This document shows positions 16,190 through 25,121 of a stretch of DNA of 64,000 nt, piece by piece. Below the pieces are notes generated by a model. It had not been told where the DNA came from and did no database searches. It saw only the letters and a list, made by a program, of their open reading frames with translations. The position numbers were made by a program, and so were the translations under genes. This stretch comes from Candidatus Sungiibacteriota bacterium. GTDB taxonomy: Bacteria > Patescibacteriota > Minisyncoccia > Sungbacterales > SURF-37. The stretch is taken from NCBI GenBank assembly GCA_016186145.1, contig JACPMF010000007.1, positions 19,302 through 83,301 on the forward strand, in the 5' to 3' direction. The number at the start of each line of letters is the position of its first letter. Within the stretch, counting starts at the first letter, position 1.

Positions 16190-17023
16190 TTAGAACAACG
16201 TTTGCACCGACCCCGCCGGCTCATCAAGCAACCGCGCCGCAAGGATTCTTCCGATTCTGAAATTACGAACATCCTTCCGCAGGTGGCAATACGCTTCAAT
16301 CGTATCACCGGCGACTTTCCGAACCTCTATTTTTCTCTTTTTACGATGCCCGTCTCCGGCATCTTCACGCGAAATATACTCAATCTCAAGCGCCCTATTC
16401 TTTGCTGCCGCCTCTTCGGCGCACCTCCTAACTTCTTCTTCAGAAGAAAAACTCCATTTTACCGGAACCGCGACCCGCTTGCCGTCGATGATCGAATCAA
16501 ACAACAAGTGCCCGTTCTGTTTCCCAAACTCGTAAAGATCCCTCGTCAAACGTACGTCCTGAAGACAGTACCGCTCAAGCTGTTCCCAATCCCCGGCGCG
16601 ATACCACTTCAAAGAATCAAGCCCGTGACCGAGCTTTGCAGCACCCAATGTCGCCTTAGCCAAACTATCAAGACCTATCCGATGCCCCAGCCGTGCAGTA
16701 ACATCTTCAAAAATATCCAGCGCGGGAATTTTAGAAAGATCAACCGAAACATGCGGCTGAAGTACGGGCAAATCAAATAAACGAATATTAAAACCGATGA
16801 TACAGTCCGCCTTATCAAAAATGCCGTTTAACTCGCCGAGTTCGTTCTCCCGAAAACCAAAAAACTTATCGTCGCGATACGAATAAAGGCCAATATATGA
16901 AACCCCAAGAGCGGTTAGGTTGTTCCTGCCGCCGACCTCATCAAACGAATACCTGGTTTCAAGATCAATTACATAGTCGTTACGCATGTTGTTATTTGTA
17001 TCAGAAAAACCCCAGGAAATCAA
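16190..17023 (-). CDS. DEDDy-type 3'-5' exonuclease fused to a C-terminal WYL-like domain
   Basis: Exo I YVIDLETR, Exo II IGFNIRLFD, Exo III YCLQD. The C-terminal 60 aa (...RKIEVRKVAGDTIEAYCHLRKDVRNFRIGRILAARLLDE) fit the WYL domain pattern. Confidence 0.65.
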   Translation of the reverse strand: MISWGFSDTNNNMRNDYVIDLETRYSFDEVGGRNNLTALGVSYIGLYSYRDDKFFGFRENELGELNGIFDKADCIIGFNIRLFDLPVLQPHVSVDLSKIPALDIFEDVTARLGHRIGLDSLAKATLGAAKLGHGLDSLKWYRAGDWEQLERYCLQDVRLTRDLYEFGKQNGHLLFDSIIDGKRVAVPVKWSFSSEEEVRRCAEEAAAKNRALEIEYISREDAGDGHRKKRKIEVRKVAGDTIEAYCHLRKDVRNFRIGRILAARLLDEPAGSVQTLF

Positions 17024-17052
17024 TTATATAAAAATTGCCTCCGGAGGAGGCG

Positions 17053-17433
17053 CTAGTAATGTTCATAGTCCGGGGTAAATGGTTTCCCCTCTTCGTAATT
17101 CGGACAAAACTGTTTATGTTGAAGTGTATGTTCATGGCCAGAACCCCAGCAAAGTGGACAATAATGCATACCAGAAGAACCCAGCGGTTGGTATAGGGTT
17201 CCCGGCTTTTGAAACTCAAACGTCATTCCCGAGCTTTCTGCAAGAAACTTAACTCCTTGAAGAAAACCGCTCAGCGTCTTCAACGAACTGAAGGTTACTA
17301 CGCTTTTCGTGGAAGACACCAACCCTATTTTTGTGACTGTCAGCTGAAGGTCACGCTTTTTGTCTATTTTCTCTTCACCGATAAGGGTTATTTTCGCCAC
17401 AATCTTTGCCATCACCGGCTCCTTTTTTGACAA
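17053..17433 (-). CDS. hypothetical protein with C-terminal Cys/His zinc-ribbon-like motif
   Basis: 126 aa. ...HYCPLCWGSGHEHTLQHKQFCPNYEEG... Lies 29 nt upstream of the exonuclease-WYL gene on the same strand. Confidence 0.45.
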   Translation of the reverse strand: MSKKEPVMAKIVAKITLIGEEKIDKKRDLQLTVTKIGLVSSTKSVVTFSSLKTLSGFLQGVKFLAESSGMTFEFQKPGTLYQPLGSSGMHYCPLCWGSGHEHTLQHKQFCPNYEEGKPFTPDYEHY

Positions 17434-17471
17434 ATTACCAAACTAATTGGTTGCATACCCGCAAATGAAAG

Positions 17472-17981
17472 TCAATCGTATTTTTTAATCTCAGCGGTCA
17501 TACTATCGTTAACCTCAATATGAAAGCGATCGGCAATGCCCGCATTAACTTCCAACACCATATCTGCCTCAACGGGCGGCGAATATACCTTTAACTTCGA
17601 ATCCGGAACCCCCGTCCCGGGCGGTGAAACATTCTTTGCAATATAAACGATCTTTTTATCGCGCAGCCAAATAATATCTATCGGAAAGCGCATATCTTTC
17701 ATCCAAAAAGAATAAAAACCAGGTTTATCAAAAGTAAAAAGCATGCCGGCGTCCCTCGCAAGAGAATCTCGGCCGGACAGGCCCCGGGCGCGCAGAATCG
17801 GCGTGCTTGCTACCCCAACCCTTAACAGCGCTTCGCGGATTGAAATCTCAATAATGCCGGTCTCTTGCAAATTGCTTCCCGGCAGAAATTCTAAAACGAA
17901 AAAATAAAAAAAAAGCGCCAACGGAAAAACCATCAGCAATGCCGCGACACGCCAAAAATTTCTGCGAAGCATTGAGACCAT
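17472..17981 (-). CDS. DUF192 domain protein with N-terminal TM
   Basis: The ...FPIDIIWLRDKKIVY...VLEVNAG... pattern is characteristic of DUF192. Confidence 0.65.
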   Translation of the reverse strand: MVSMLRRNFWRVAALLMVFPLALFFYFFVLEFLPGSNLQETGIIEISIREALLRVGVASTPILRARGLSGRDSLARDAGMLFTFDKPGFYSFWMKDMRFPIDIIWLRDKKIVYIAKNVSPPGTGVPDSKLKVYSPPVEADMVLEVNAGIADRFHIEVNDSMTAEIKKYD

Positions 17982-17990
17982 ACAGAGCGT

Positions 17991-18404
17991 CTAGAGGAAA
18001 AAATAAGTATCGATCCCCCACGCACCCGCACCCAAAAAAATGAGCGCTGCGGCCATCGCAAAATACGCAAGATCCAATTCCCAACCGCCTTGTACCGTAA
18101 AACCGACCTTCCCCCACTTTGCCTTCCACATGGCAACCAACATGCTTATTGCGATAAAAACCGCCGCAATTTGAGTGTAGAAACCAAGAAGAACCGCGAT
18201 GCCGCCGAAAAATTCCGCAACACCCGATACAATAATCCAAAACTTTCCCGGCCTGATGCCGATGGAGTCAAACCACCCGGCAGTTCCGGTTCGCGCTTCG
18301 CGGTTAAAAAGCTTCGGGTAGCCGTGAACGATAAAGGCCAGCCCGAGGACAAGCCGAAGAATGAGCGCGGCGAAATCGCCGTATACGAGAAGTGAATAAA
18401 ACAT
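17991..18404 (-). CDS. DoxX-family membrane protein
   Basis: 137 aa, 4 TM helices, LRLVLGLAFIVHGYPKL... matches the DoxX pattern. Confidence 0.75.
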   Translation of the reverse strand: MFYSLLVYGDFAALILRLVLGLAFIVHGYPKLFNREARTGTAGWFDSIGIRPGKFWIIVSGVAEFFGGIAVLLGFYTQIAAVFIAISMLVAMWKAKWGKVGFTVQGGWELDLAYFAMAAALIFLGAGAWGIDTYFFL

Positions 18405-18546
18405 GCCAATTTTATTTATGAGCGTTAGCGAATAACTATAAAATTGAGCACCCTGTTAAATAATTTCGCCTCTGGCGAAAATCCCTTGTCAATTAAAATC
18501 GTAGATTTTATTTGACAAGGGATTTAACAGGGTAAAGTTTTGTTCC
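18405..18546 (-). promoter_or_regulatory. conserved structured upstream element, copy U2
   Basis: Abuts the doxX start codon. Three stems: CCCTGTTAAAT/ATTTAACAGGG, ATTTCGCC/GGCGAAAAT and CCTTGTCAATTAAAA/TTTATTTGACAAGG. The last stem carries compensatory G:C to T:A changes relative to copy U3. Confidence 0.55.
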
Positions 18547-18593
18547 TGAAATCTGTTCGACCTGTCTCCAAATCTCAGACAAAAGCTCTACCT

Positions 18594-19238
18594 TTAATTT
18601 GCCGTCAGCCACTCTGCAACCTCGTCCATAAAAGCAGGTTCCTTTTCAAATATCGTTGTGCCATGCCCCGCGTTTTCAAACACTTTTACCACCTTCTCAA
18701 CGTAGACAGGCGCCATTTCTGAAAGAGTCTTAACTGTGTCTGCTGAATACGGGTCATCGAGAGACGCGACAAAATAAATGCTTTGACCATCCCGAAGCCG
18801 GCTTATCACGGGTTCCGTTTTAACGCCACGATAGTCGAGGCCCGGTGAAAGAAGCATGACTTTAGAAATCTCCAGATGTCCTGCCGCATATTCGAGCGCG
18901 AGGTTCGCCCCGATTGACGCCCCGGCGAGCGAAATCGACGAAGCTTTTTTTGATTTCAGAAATTCAACCCCTGCCCCGATATCTTTAATCGACGCCCGGT
19001 GATCTTTATCAGAAAATTTCTTATATCCGTCTGGTCCGCCTTCGGATTCGCCGTGCCCGCGTAAATCAATGGCGAGCGCCTGAAAACCGCGCTCAACAAG
19101 TTTTTCTGAAAAATCATACCAGCTTTCTTTGGTTGCCGGCATCATATGCACGAGTAAAACCCCCCGCCTGCCGGACTCCCCCGCATAGTTACCCGCAATT
19201 TTAACATTATCGCCCGTAGTTATTGTTACTCGTTCCAT
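18594..19238 (-). CDS. alpha/beta-fold hydrolase (dienelactone hydrolase-like)
   Basis: GASIGA nucleophile elbow (GxSxG) with an HG...E pattern. 214 aa. Confidence 0.8.
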   Translation of the reverse strand: MERVTITTGDNVKIAGNYAGESGRRGVLLVHMMPATKESWYDFSEKLVERGFQALAIDLRGHGESEGGPDGYKKFSDKDHRASIKDIGAGVEFLKSKKASSISLAGASIGANLALEYAAGHLEISKVMLLSPGLDYRGVKTEPVISRLRDGQSIYFVASLDDPYSADTVKTLSEMAPVYVEKVVKVFENAGHGTTIFEKEPAFMDEVAEWLTAN

Positions 19239-19340
19239 AGTGCCGGGCGGCGTCGGAATACTGACTCGTTTATATGGAGAAAAAACAAAAACGCCCCTCC
19301 TCCTTATACTATCACGCCGGCAACCGCAGCGATAATAGGT

Positions 19341-19895
19341 TTAATCACGGAAGCGATGGATCTGATAAGCGGCAATACCAAAAGCCACAGCAACATTCAA
19401 CGATTCTTTTTTTCCAGACATTGGAATTTCTACCGCCTTATCGGCCGCCTTAACAAGAGAACGCGGCAATCCTTTTACCTCATTGCCGACAACCAGCGCC
19501 ATCGGAAAGTGCGGTTTTAATTTATTAAGCGCGACGCTTTGGGGTGATTGCTCAAGCGCCACTATTTGCACCCGTTTCTTTTTTAGCTCCTTCAAAAGCT
19601 GGGAAACAGACGTTCGCTTTTCCCATGCCACCCAACGCTCCGCGCCAAGCGCGGTTTTTGAAATTTTTTCATGGGGCGGCGCAGGCGTATAACCGGTAAG
19701 GTAAATTTTCGAAACCCCGAACGCGTCACTCGTTCTAAAAACGGAGCCGACATTCTCACGGCTCCGAATGTTGTGACAAACGATATAAAAATCTTTCCGG
19801 CTGTTATTGTTTTGACGGGACACGAGTTTTCTCGATAATAGGCGGATATAGCTCCGGATCAATAACTCGGGTAAAACATGTCCGCCCGATACCAT
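19341..19895 (-). CDS. SpoU/TrmH-family RNA 2'-O-methyltransferase
   Basis: SPOUT motifs ...LEQSPQS...LVVGNEVKGLP...VEIPMSGKKESLNVAVAFGIAAY. The track ORF runs to 20093. The ATG at 19895 (MVSGGHV) leaves a 92-nt overlap with the upstream gene. The start is uncertain. Confidence 0.7.
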   Translation of the reverse strand: MVSGGHVLPELLIRSYIRLLSRKLVSRQNNNSRKDFYIVCHNIRSRENVGSVFRTSDAFGVSKIYLTGYTPAPPHEKISKTALGAERWVAWEKRTSVSQLLKELKKKRVQIVALEQSPQSVALNKLKPHFPMALVVGNEVKGLPRSLVKAADKAVEIPMSGKKESLNVAVAFGIAAYQIHRFRD

Positions 19896-20763
19896 GCGTC
19901 CAGTTTTCAGAAAGGCCTTGATACGCAGGCGTCCGAATACCAAATGGGGATTCCGCAGTTTCGGCGCCGCTGGTTTTAAAATCAGCGCAAAGTTCAAACC
20001 GCAGCCCTCCAAGAACCCTGTACTCGTAAGGCCCGCCGCTTTCCGGGTCTTGAGGTACGGCGTATCCGGAAATATCGTCGCGTAATTCTTCAAGTATTAC
20101 AGGCAATTTTTCTTTTCTCTGCCAGTAATTTACGATCTGCCACTGAACACTCTGCAAATCCTGAGCCCTTCGTTCATCAAACTTTCGCAAACGCTCGCGG
20201 AATGGGGAACCGGCAACAAAAAACCCGGCAACGGCCGAAACAACAACGATACCAACGACGACGAAAATAAACACGCGCATCCGTGGGTCTTGGGAAGCCA
20301 TTTCCTCGTGGCGAATATTCCAAAGGTAGTAACAAAAGACGGCTGTTGCAATGAATAATATCGTAATAATTTTGAGCAAAAAGCGAATAGAAAGATCTCC
20401 GCCAAGAAAATTATAAATAAGGGCAACGATATCGCCGATAATAAGCCCTGAAGCGGCAAAAAGCGTAAAATAGTAAAGCCACTTCCGGCTCTTCAGTTCC
20501 CGTTTTTCAGGATTGAAAGAAACGTCTCTGGCAAGCACCCAACTCGTCCAGACATAAACCGGAAAGACGACAACAAGCGCGGCAAGCGCCCAACGAACCG
20601 CGTCACGCGAGCCCTGCGGAAAATACGAAAGCTGGTCGGGAAAAAGAAGATCAATAAATTGAAAAACCAGTACGCCAAAACTCACGGCGGAAATGTAAAG
20701 CGCAATGATCGCAAGAAGATGCATAAAGACATCTTTTGGGGATATTTTGACGTTATGTTCCAT
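19804..20763 (-). CDS. hypothetical integral membrane protein (5-6 TM) with C-terminal soluble domain
   Basis: 319 aa. Several hydrophobic helices in the N-terminal 200 aa. No family recognised. Confidence 0.55.
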   Translation of the reverse strand: MEHNVKISPKDVFMHLLAIIALYISAVSFGVLVFQFIDLLFPDQLSYFPQGSRDAVRWALAALVVVFPVYVWTSWVLARDVSFNPEKRELKSRKWLYYFTLFAASGLIIGDIVALIYNFLGGDLSIRFLLKIITILFIATAVFCYYLWNIRHEEMASQDPRMRVFIFVVVGIVVVSAVAGFFVAGSPFRERLRKFDERRAQDLQSVQWQIVNYWQRKEKLPVILEELRDDISGYAVPQDPESGGPYEYRVLGGLRFELCADFKTSGAETAESPFGIRTPAYQGLSENWTHGIGRTCFTRVIDPELYPPIIEKTRVPSKQ

Positions 20764-20954
20764 AAATTTCCGGCTTCTTAATTTCTCTGCGCCCCGAGCA
20801 TGCCTTTACTATATTCCCTTGCAATTTTTACAACAAGCTCTTGGATTTTTGATTCGGCCTCCTTGGAATTCAAAATTTCGCGCCTGATTTGCGCTTTTTC
20901 TTTTCTCAAAAATTTACGTATTGATTTCGGCAATTTTGAAACGCGCATAGATCG

Positions 20955-21167
20955 TCAAATCCGACCCCATTCGTCAAAACCAATACCCGCCTGACGCAAA
21001 ATCTCCGCAATGAGATGTTTTGAAATATCGCCTCGGTGAGGGTTTGGGATACGAATTTTAACTTCTCCTTTTGCCATAAATAAGTGACGACCGCCTGAAT
21101 AGGGGCCGTCAAATCCGTGTTTTCTTAATTTCCGGACTAAATTTCGCCAGGAAAGATTTTTAATCAT
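20955..21167 (-). CDS. hicA: type II toxin HicA (second copy)
   Basis: 70 aa. ...GGRHLFMAKGEVKIRIPNPHRGDISKHLIAEILRQAGIGFDEW... matches the HicA/YcfA pattern. Confidence 0.8.
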   Translation of the reverse strand: MIKNLSWRNLVRKLRKHGFDGPYSGGRHLFMAKGEVKIRIPNPHRGDISKHLIAEILRQAGIGFDEWGRI

Positions 21168-21177
21168 AATGCATCCG

Positions 21178-21423
21178 CTATCGTACCCTTACCAACATAC
21201 GGCGATCAATCTTAATTTCAAAACCCGGAACTCTTTCATGATCCCTCACCTTCAATAACAACCAATCTTCAAGAACCTCGCGCAACTCCTTTCTACAACT
21301 TTCTAAATTATCTGCATCCGCCCACACCCCTCGCAAACCAACGATCTCACCGAAGTAAGTTCCGTCTTTCAGGATTTTGTATCGAGCTTTTTTCAATTGC
21401 CGGTCTATAAATTCACTAAACAT
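21178..21423 (-). CDS. hicB: HicB-like antitoxin (short form)
   Basis: 81 aa. YKILKDGTYFGEIVGLRGVWADADNLESCRKELREVLEDWL has the HicB N-domain pattern. 10-nt gap to hicA. Confidence 0.65.
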   Translation of the reverse strand: MFSEFIDRQLKKARYKILKDGTYFGEIVGLRGVWADADNLESCRKELREVLEDWLLLKVRDHERVPGFEIKIDRRMLVRVR

Positions 21424-21491
21424 ACTTTGATATTATCATACTTCATACTATACATGCAACACTACGGCTATTTTTAAATTTTTATACCCCC

Positions 21492-21531
21492 AATAACATT
21501 CTCATATTCTTAAGAATATGAGAATGTTATT
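21492..21531. promoter_or_regulatory. perfect 40-bp palindrome upstream of hicB; candidate operator
   Basis: AATAACATTCTCATATTCTT|AAGAATATGAGAATGTTATT, a perfect inverted repeat about 70 nt upstream of the hicB start. Confidence 0.6.
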
Positions 21532-21749
21532 CCCTGCAGCCTTTTTAAATTTTCCAAACAACACCCTAACATTCTCCCCAGTAGTAGAACGCTGCGCGTT
21601 AACTACGGGGCAGGCAAGTTTGTTGGTATGTTATTTTCCATTGCCCATGGCACTTCTGTTACTTCAATGGTGCCCCGTGAAGTACTTGCCTTCCTAATGC
21701 CTTTTTGCTACCTTGATTATGAAACATTTTTTACAAAGGAGGTGTCGTC

Positions 21750-21953
21750 ATGTTCTTTGTTATCTTCTTTGTTATCGGTATCGCTTTACCTGTTGCGACC
21801 ACTTTTATCATTTACGGGATAAGGTTAGTCAATCAGGGGAACTTTCTTCTTGGCAGCTTGTCATTCTTTGTTGTCCTATTTCCAATTGCAGCAATAGTGG
21901 GGAAAATCTTTGAGAACTACTCCAAGCCTTCTTCAAATGAACCCTGTCAGTAG
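21750..21953 (+). CDS. small hydrophobic membrane protein (2 TM)
   Basis: Strong RBS AAGGAGGT 5 nt upstream. 67 aa, two hydrophobic helices. Followed by a terminator. Confidence 0.5.
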   Translation: MFFVIFFVIGIALPVATTFIIYGIRLVNQGNFLLGSLSFFVVLFPIAAIVGKIFENYSKPSSNEPCQ

Positions 21954-21976
21954 CGACCATGCCGGTCGCTTTTTTC
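21953..21976 (+). terminator. rho-independent terminator
   Basis: GCGACCATGCCGGTCGC hairpin followed by TTTTTT. Confidence 0.6.
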
Positions 21977-22011
21977 TTGTCCCCACTATCCTCTGCGAAC
22001 CGTGGCAGCGT

Positions 22012-22911
22012 TTATATTTCTTTCCGTATCCCCGCCACAAACTCCTTTAACTTAGAGACAACATCCGAAACGTCAAAACCGTAAGCTGGAAAAGAAGCAA
22101 GCTCTGATCCGCCTTCAATTCGGCCGCCCCCCCCTTCATCCGTATGAAAATCAGAGCCGGCGGTTCTTAAAATGCCGTACTTGTCGGCAAGCCGGTATAA
22201 GAATTTTACCTGTTCCTCGGTCTGGGCCGGATTAAACGCTTCAAGCCCGTCGAGCCCCCATCCGATAAATTTTTTAAGCCGTTCCTCAAGTTGAACAAAA
22301 TCAAGCTTGTGGATTGCCGGATGCGACCACACCGCAACTCCGCCCGCGCGATGCAACAGGCCTATTCCGGACTCCATAGAAATACTCTCACGCTCAACAT
22401 AGGTCGGTTTCCCTAAAACAAGATATCCCTCAATTACGCTTTTAACGCTTGCCTCCTCGCCGAGGATTTTTTTATTTTCAGGATTCGCAAGCAACGCCTG
22501 CGCAATGTGCGGCCGGCCGACCGAAGAACCGGTTGCCTGCCGCAAAACATCTTCATAGGTTATCCGGAACCCTGCCGCCTGAAGCCGTCTTACAATTTCC
22601 TGCGCTCTGGTAACCCGTTCTTCCCTGATTGCAACCAGCGTAGAAGCGAGTTCTGCGTTTTTATCATCAATCCCAAAACCAAGAAGATGAAAAGACGCCT
22701 TGCCGTCATTCACGGAAAGTTCGATGCCGGAAATGATTTCCACGCCATACTCTTTCCCGGCAGAAAGCGCTTCGGCAACCCCGGAAACCGTATCGTGGTC
22801 TGTGATTGCGATTGTTTCCAGTTTCAATCCGGCAGCGCGCCTTACTAACTCTCGCGGCGCATATTTCCCGTCAGACATCGACGATTGAATTTGAAGGTCG
22901 AAAGAATTCAT
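22012..22911 (-). CDS. PHP-domain phosphoesterase
   Basis: N-terminal ...ETIAITDHDTVSG... plus further His/Asp metal ligands typical of the PHP (polymerase/histidinol phosphatase) family. Confidence 0.8.
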   Translation of the reverse strand: MNSFDLQIQSSMSDGKYAPRELVRRAAGLKLETIAITDHDTVSGVAEALSAGKEYGVEIISGIELSVNDGKASFHLLGFGIDDKNAELASTLVAIREERVTRAQEIVRRLQAAGFRITYEDVLRQATGSSVGRPHIAQALLANPENKKILGEEASVKSVIEGYLVLGKPTYVERESISMESGIGLLHRAGGVAVWSHPAIHKLDFVQLEERLKKFIGWGLDGLEAFNPAQTEEQVKFLYRLADKYGILRTAGSDFHTDEGGGGRIEGGSELASFPAYGFDVSDVVSKLKEFVAGIRKEI

Positions 22912-22974
22912 AACTTGAAAGTTCGCATCATCAGCTTAACAAAAAAGCCGCCTTTTGATAAGACGGCGCATTTT

Positions 22975-23916
22975 CTAACTTTCTCTTGAATTTTCTTCCA
23001 ACCGTAAAAGATAACTCCACCTCCTGTCCACTCGTTCCTGAAATTCGCGAAGCAACTCGGGAGAATTCATAATGGAAGCAAAACGCCGCTGATGTTTGAG
23101 AAATTCTTCAACCGGTTTTCCTCTTTTTGGTCGGGTGAGGTGCAAACAGTCATCAGCAACTTCTACCAGTGGAAAAACCCGCGTATCAACCGCAAGCGCG
23201 GCGAGCTCCGGAGCGCTCGAAGTGTCGCACTTCCAGCCCGGAGGACATACCGACAAAACATGCAAGCACCGAAATCCTTTTTGATCCGCAGCTTTCGCGA
23301 CTTTTGCATAAAAATCGTTGAGCGTTGGAACAGAAAGCGCCAATGAGGCGAAATAGGGAATTTTGTGCGAAAGCATTATCCCAAGGATATCCTTCTGGGC
23401 AACTTCCTTGCCATCAGGGCTTGTCTGAGTCCTCGCACCCTCCGGCGTTGCGCCCGATTCCTGCGCACCGGTATTACCATATGTCTGGTTGTCATTGATG
23501 ACATAAAGAACATTTGCATTCCGAATGGCCGCGCCAGAAAGCAATCCAAGCCCGATATCAAACGAGGAGCCATCACCCGCCCACACAATCGTGAGTTCGT
23601 CGTCAGCCAGCCATTTTCGCTCCGACATAATACTGATACCCTCACCTACAGTAGCGCCCGCGATAAAAGGCGTATTCACAAGATTTGTCCCGAGAAAAGA
23701 AACCCCGTTCCAGCCGCTGCCGATTGACCAGCACGAAGCCGGAACCACCACAGCACGAATCTTTTTCGTCCGCCCGGAAGGAAGCGGCTGGGAAACAATG
23801 CTCAAGATGTGCGCCATGGCAATTGCAGAGCCGCATCCGGGGCAAAGCCCGTGCCGCGAGTCAAGAAACGATGCAACCGAGATGTCCCTTGGTTTCATCC
23901 GCGCCCCCCCAGCCAA
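22975..23916 (-). CDS. porB: pyruvate (2-oxoacid):ferredoxin oxidoreductase beta subunit (TPP-binding)
   Basis: CPGCG near the N-terminus. TPP motif GDG...DIG... N(x)YGNTGAQES. 313 aa. Confidence 0.85.
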   Translation of the reverse strand: MAGGARMKPRDISVASFLDSRHGLCPGCGSAIAMAHILSIVSQPLPSGRTKKIRAVVVPASCWSIGSGWNGVSFLGTNLVNTPFIAGATVGEGISIMSERKWLADDELTIVWAGDGSSFDIGLGLLSGAAIRNANVLYVINDNQTYGNTGAQESGATPEGARTQTSPDGKEVAQKDILGIMLSHKIPYFASLALSVPTLNDFYAKVAKAADQKGFRCLHVLSVCPPGWKCDTSSAPELAALAVDTRVFPLVEVADDCLHLTRPKRGKPVEEFLKHQRRFASIMNSPELLREFQERVDRRWSYLLRLEENSRES

Positions 23917-25121
23917 TACGTCTTTTTGAGAGGTCCGATTTCTTTCCGAACGGCATCAAGCATATCAATAAAACCTCTTTCTGAAAGATCCTGCCCACCG
24001 AAACCGCCGACGAAACTATGAATATCCGCGCCGTTGTACCTGCATGCGCCGCCTGATAGGCGAAGTTCGTCGGCAATTACTCCGTTCCCGTTCGGCAAAA
24101 TGCTTCTGTCAATCACAACAACCTTGGATACGTTTCCAATGGCAGCCCGCAACTCTTCTGCGGGAAACGGCCTGAAGAAACGGAGGCCGATTACCTTTAC
24201 ATCCTCGCGGGATCCGAATGCCTCTTCAACCGTTCCCGTAACCGCGCCTGCAGAAATAACTGCAACGTCCGCGTTCACGCCTCCATTGACCCGGAAAAAC
24301 CCATTCCCATAACACCGCCCGGAAACACGCTGCCAGTCATTAGCGATTTTAGGAATAAGACTCTGTGCCGAACGCATCGCGCCGACAAGCGAACGCTTTC
24401 TTGCAGAATGTTCTTCCCAGTCGTATGGGCACTGTAAATTCATTGCCGCCGATCCATCCTCCCCGGGAAGAACGGAATCTTTTCTGCCGTGTCTCGGCGG
24501 AAGAAATTCACGCACCTGCTCTGATGTCGGAACACCAACCGCTTCGGCGGTATGGGATAACATGAACCCGTCCAAATTCACCAGAACCGGCAACGAGACG
24601 GATTGATCCTCAGACAAACGGTATGCCCACAGGATCATATCCAGCGCCTCCTGAACGCTTGCGCAGTAAATCTGCGGCATGAAAAAATCGCGAAGCAAAA
24701 GCGAATCCGTCTGATCCGGATGAATAGACCACGGAGCGCCGAGCGAACGGTTCGTGTTTGCAATAACAAGCGGCAGGCGCGCAGTCGTTGCCCAATGCAA
24801 AAGCTCGAACATAAGTGCGAGCCCCTGGGAAGAAGTTGCGGTCCCGTATCGCCCGCCAGCCGTTGCAACGCCAATACCAAGCGCCATGGAAGCGAGTTCG
24901 GAATCCATATTCCGGTATGTTGTGGAAATCACGCCCCTGCTTGCAAACGCCGCCATCTCCTCTGTTATCTCGGTTGACGGCGTGATCGGATAGCCGCCGA
25001 AAACATCAAGCTCCGCAAGCGCGAAACCATGCGCTGCGGCCCTGTTTCCGGTAAGCACCATCCGCCCGCTTCTCAACTTACCGTCCATGATCGCCGCCTC
25101 CTTGCATGACCGCGCTATCAA
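23895..25121 (-). CDS. porA: pyruvate:ferredoxin oxidoreductase alpha subunit
   Basis: ...MVLTGNRAAAHGFALAELDVFGGYPITPSTEI... is the typical PorA N-terminus. About 400 aa. Overlaps the porB start by about 20 nt (operon). Confidence 0.85.
   Translation of the reverse strand: MIARSCKEAAIMDGKLRSGRMVLTGNRAAAHGFALAELDVFGGYPITPSTEITEEMAAFASRGVISTTYRNMDSELASMALGIGVATAGGRYGTATSSQGLALMFELLHWATTARLPLVIANTNRSLGAPWSIHPDQTDSLLLRDFFMPQIYCASVQEALDMILWAYRLSEDQSVSLPVLVNLDGFMLSHTAEAVGVPTSEQVREFLPPRHGRKDSVLPGEDGSAAMNLQCPYDWEEHSARKRSLVGAMRSAQSLIPKIANDWQRVSGRCYGNGFFRVNGGVNADVAVISAGAVTGTVEEAFGSREDVKVIGLRFFRPFPAEELRAAIGNVSKVVVIDRSILPNGNGVIADELRLSGGACRYNGADIHSFVGGFGGQDLSERGFIDMLDAVRKEIGPLKKTYWLGGRG

Noticed and set aside
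19030-19055. Possible additional copy of the palindromic insertion element (GGCGAATCCGAAGGCGGACC) in the alpha/beta hydrolase gene
   Set aside because: It shares only the CGAAGGCG core. The encoded GESEGG is a plausible native loop, and the GAACTTGG flanks and CCTGCC hairpin are absent. The similarity is too short to call.
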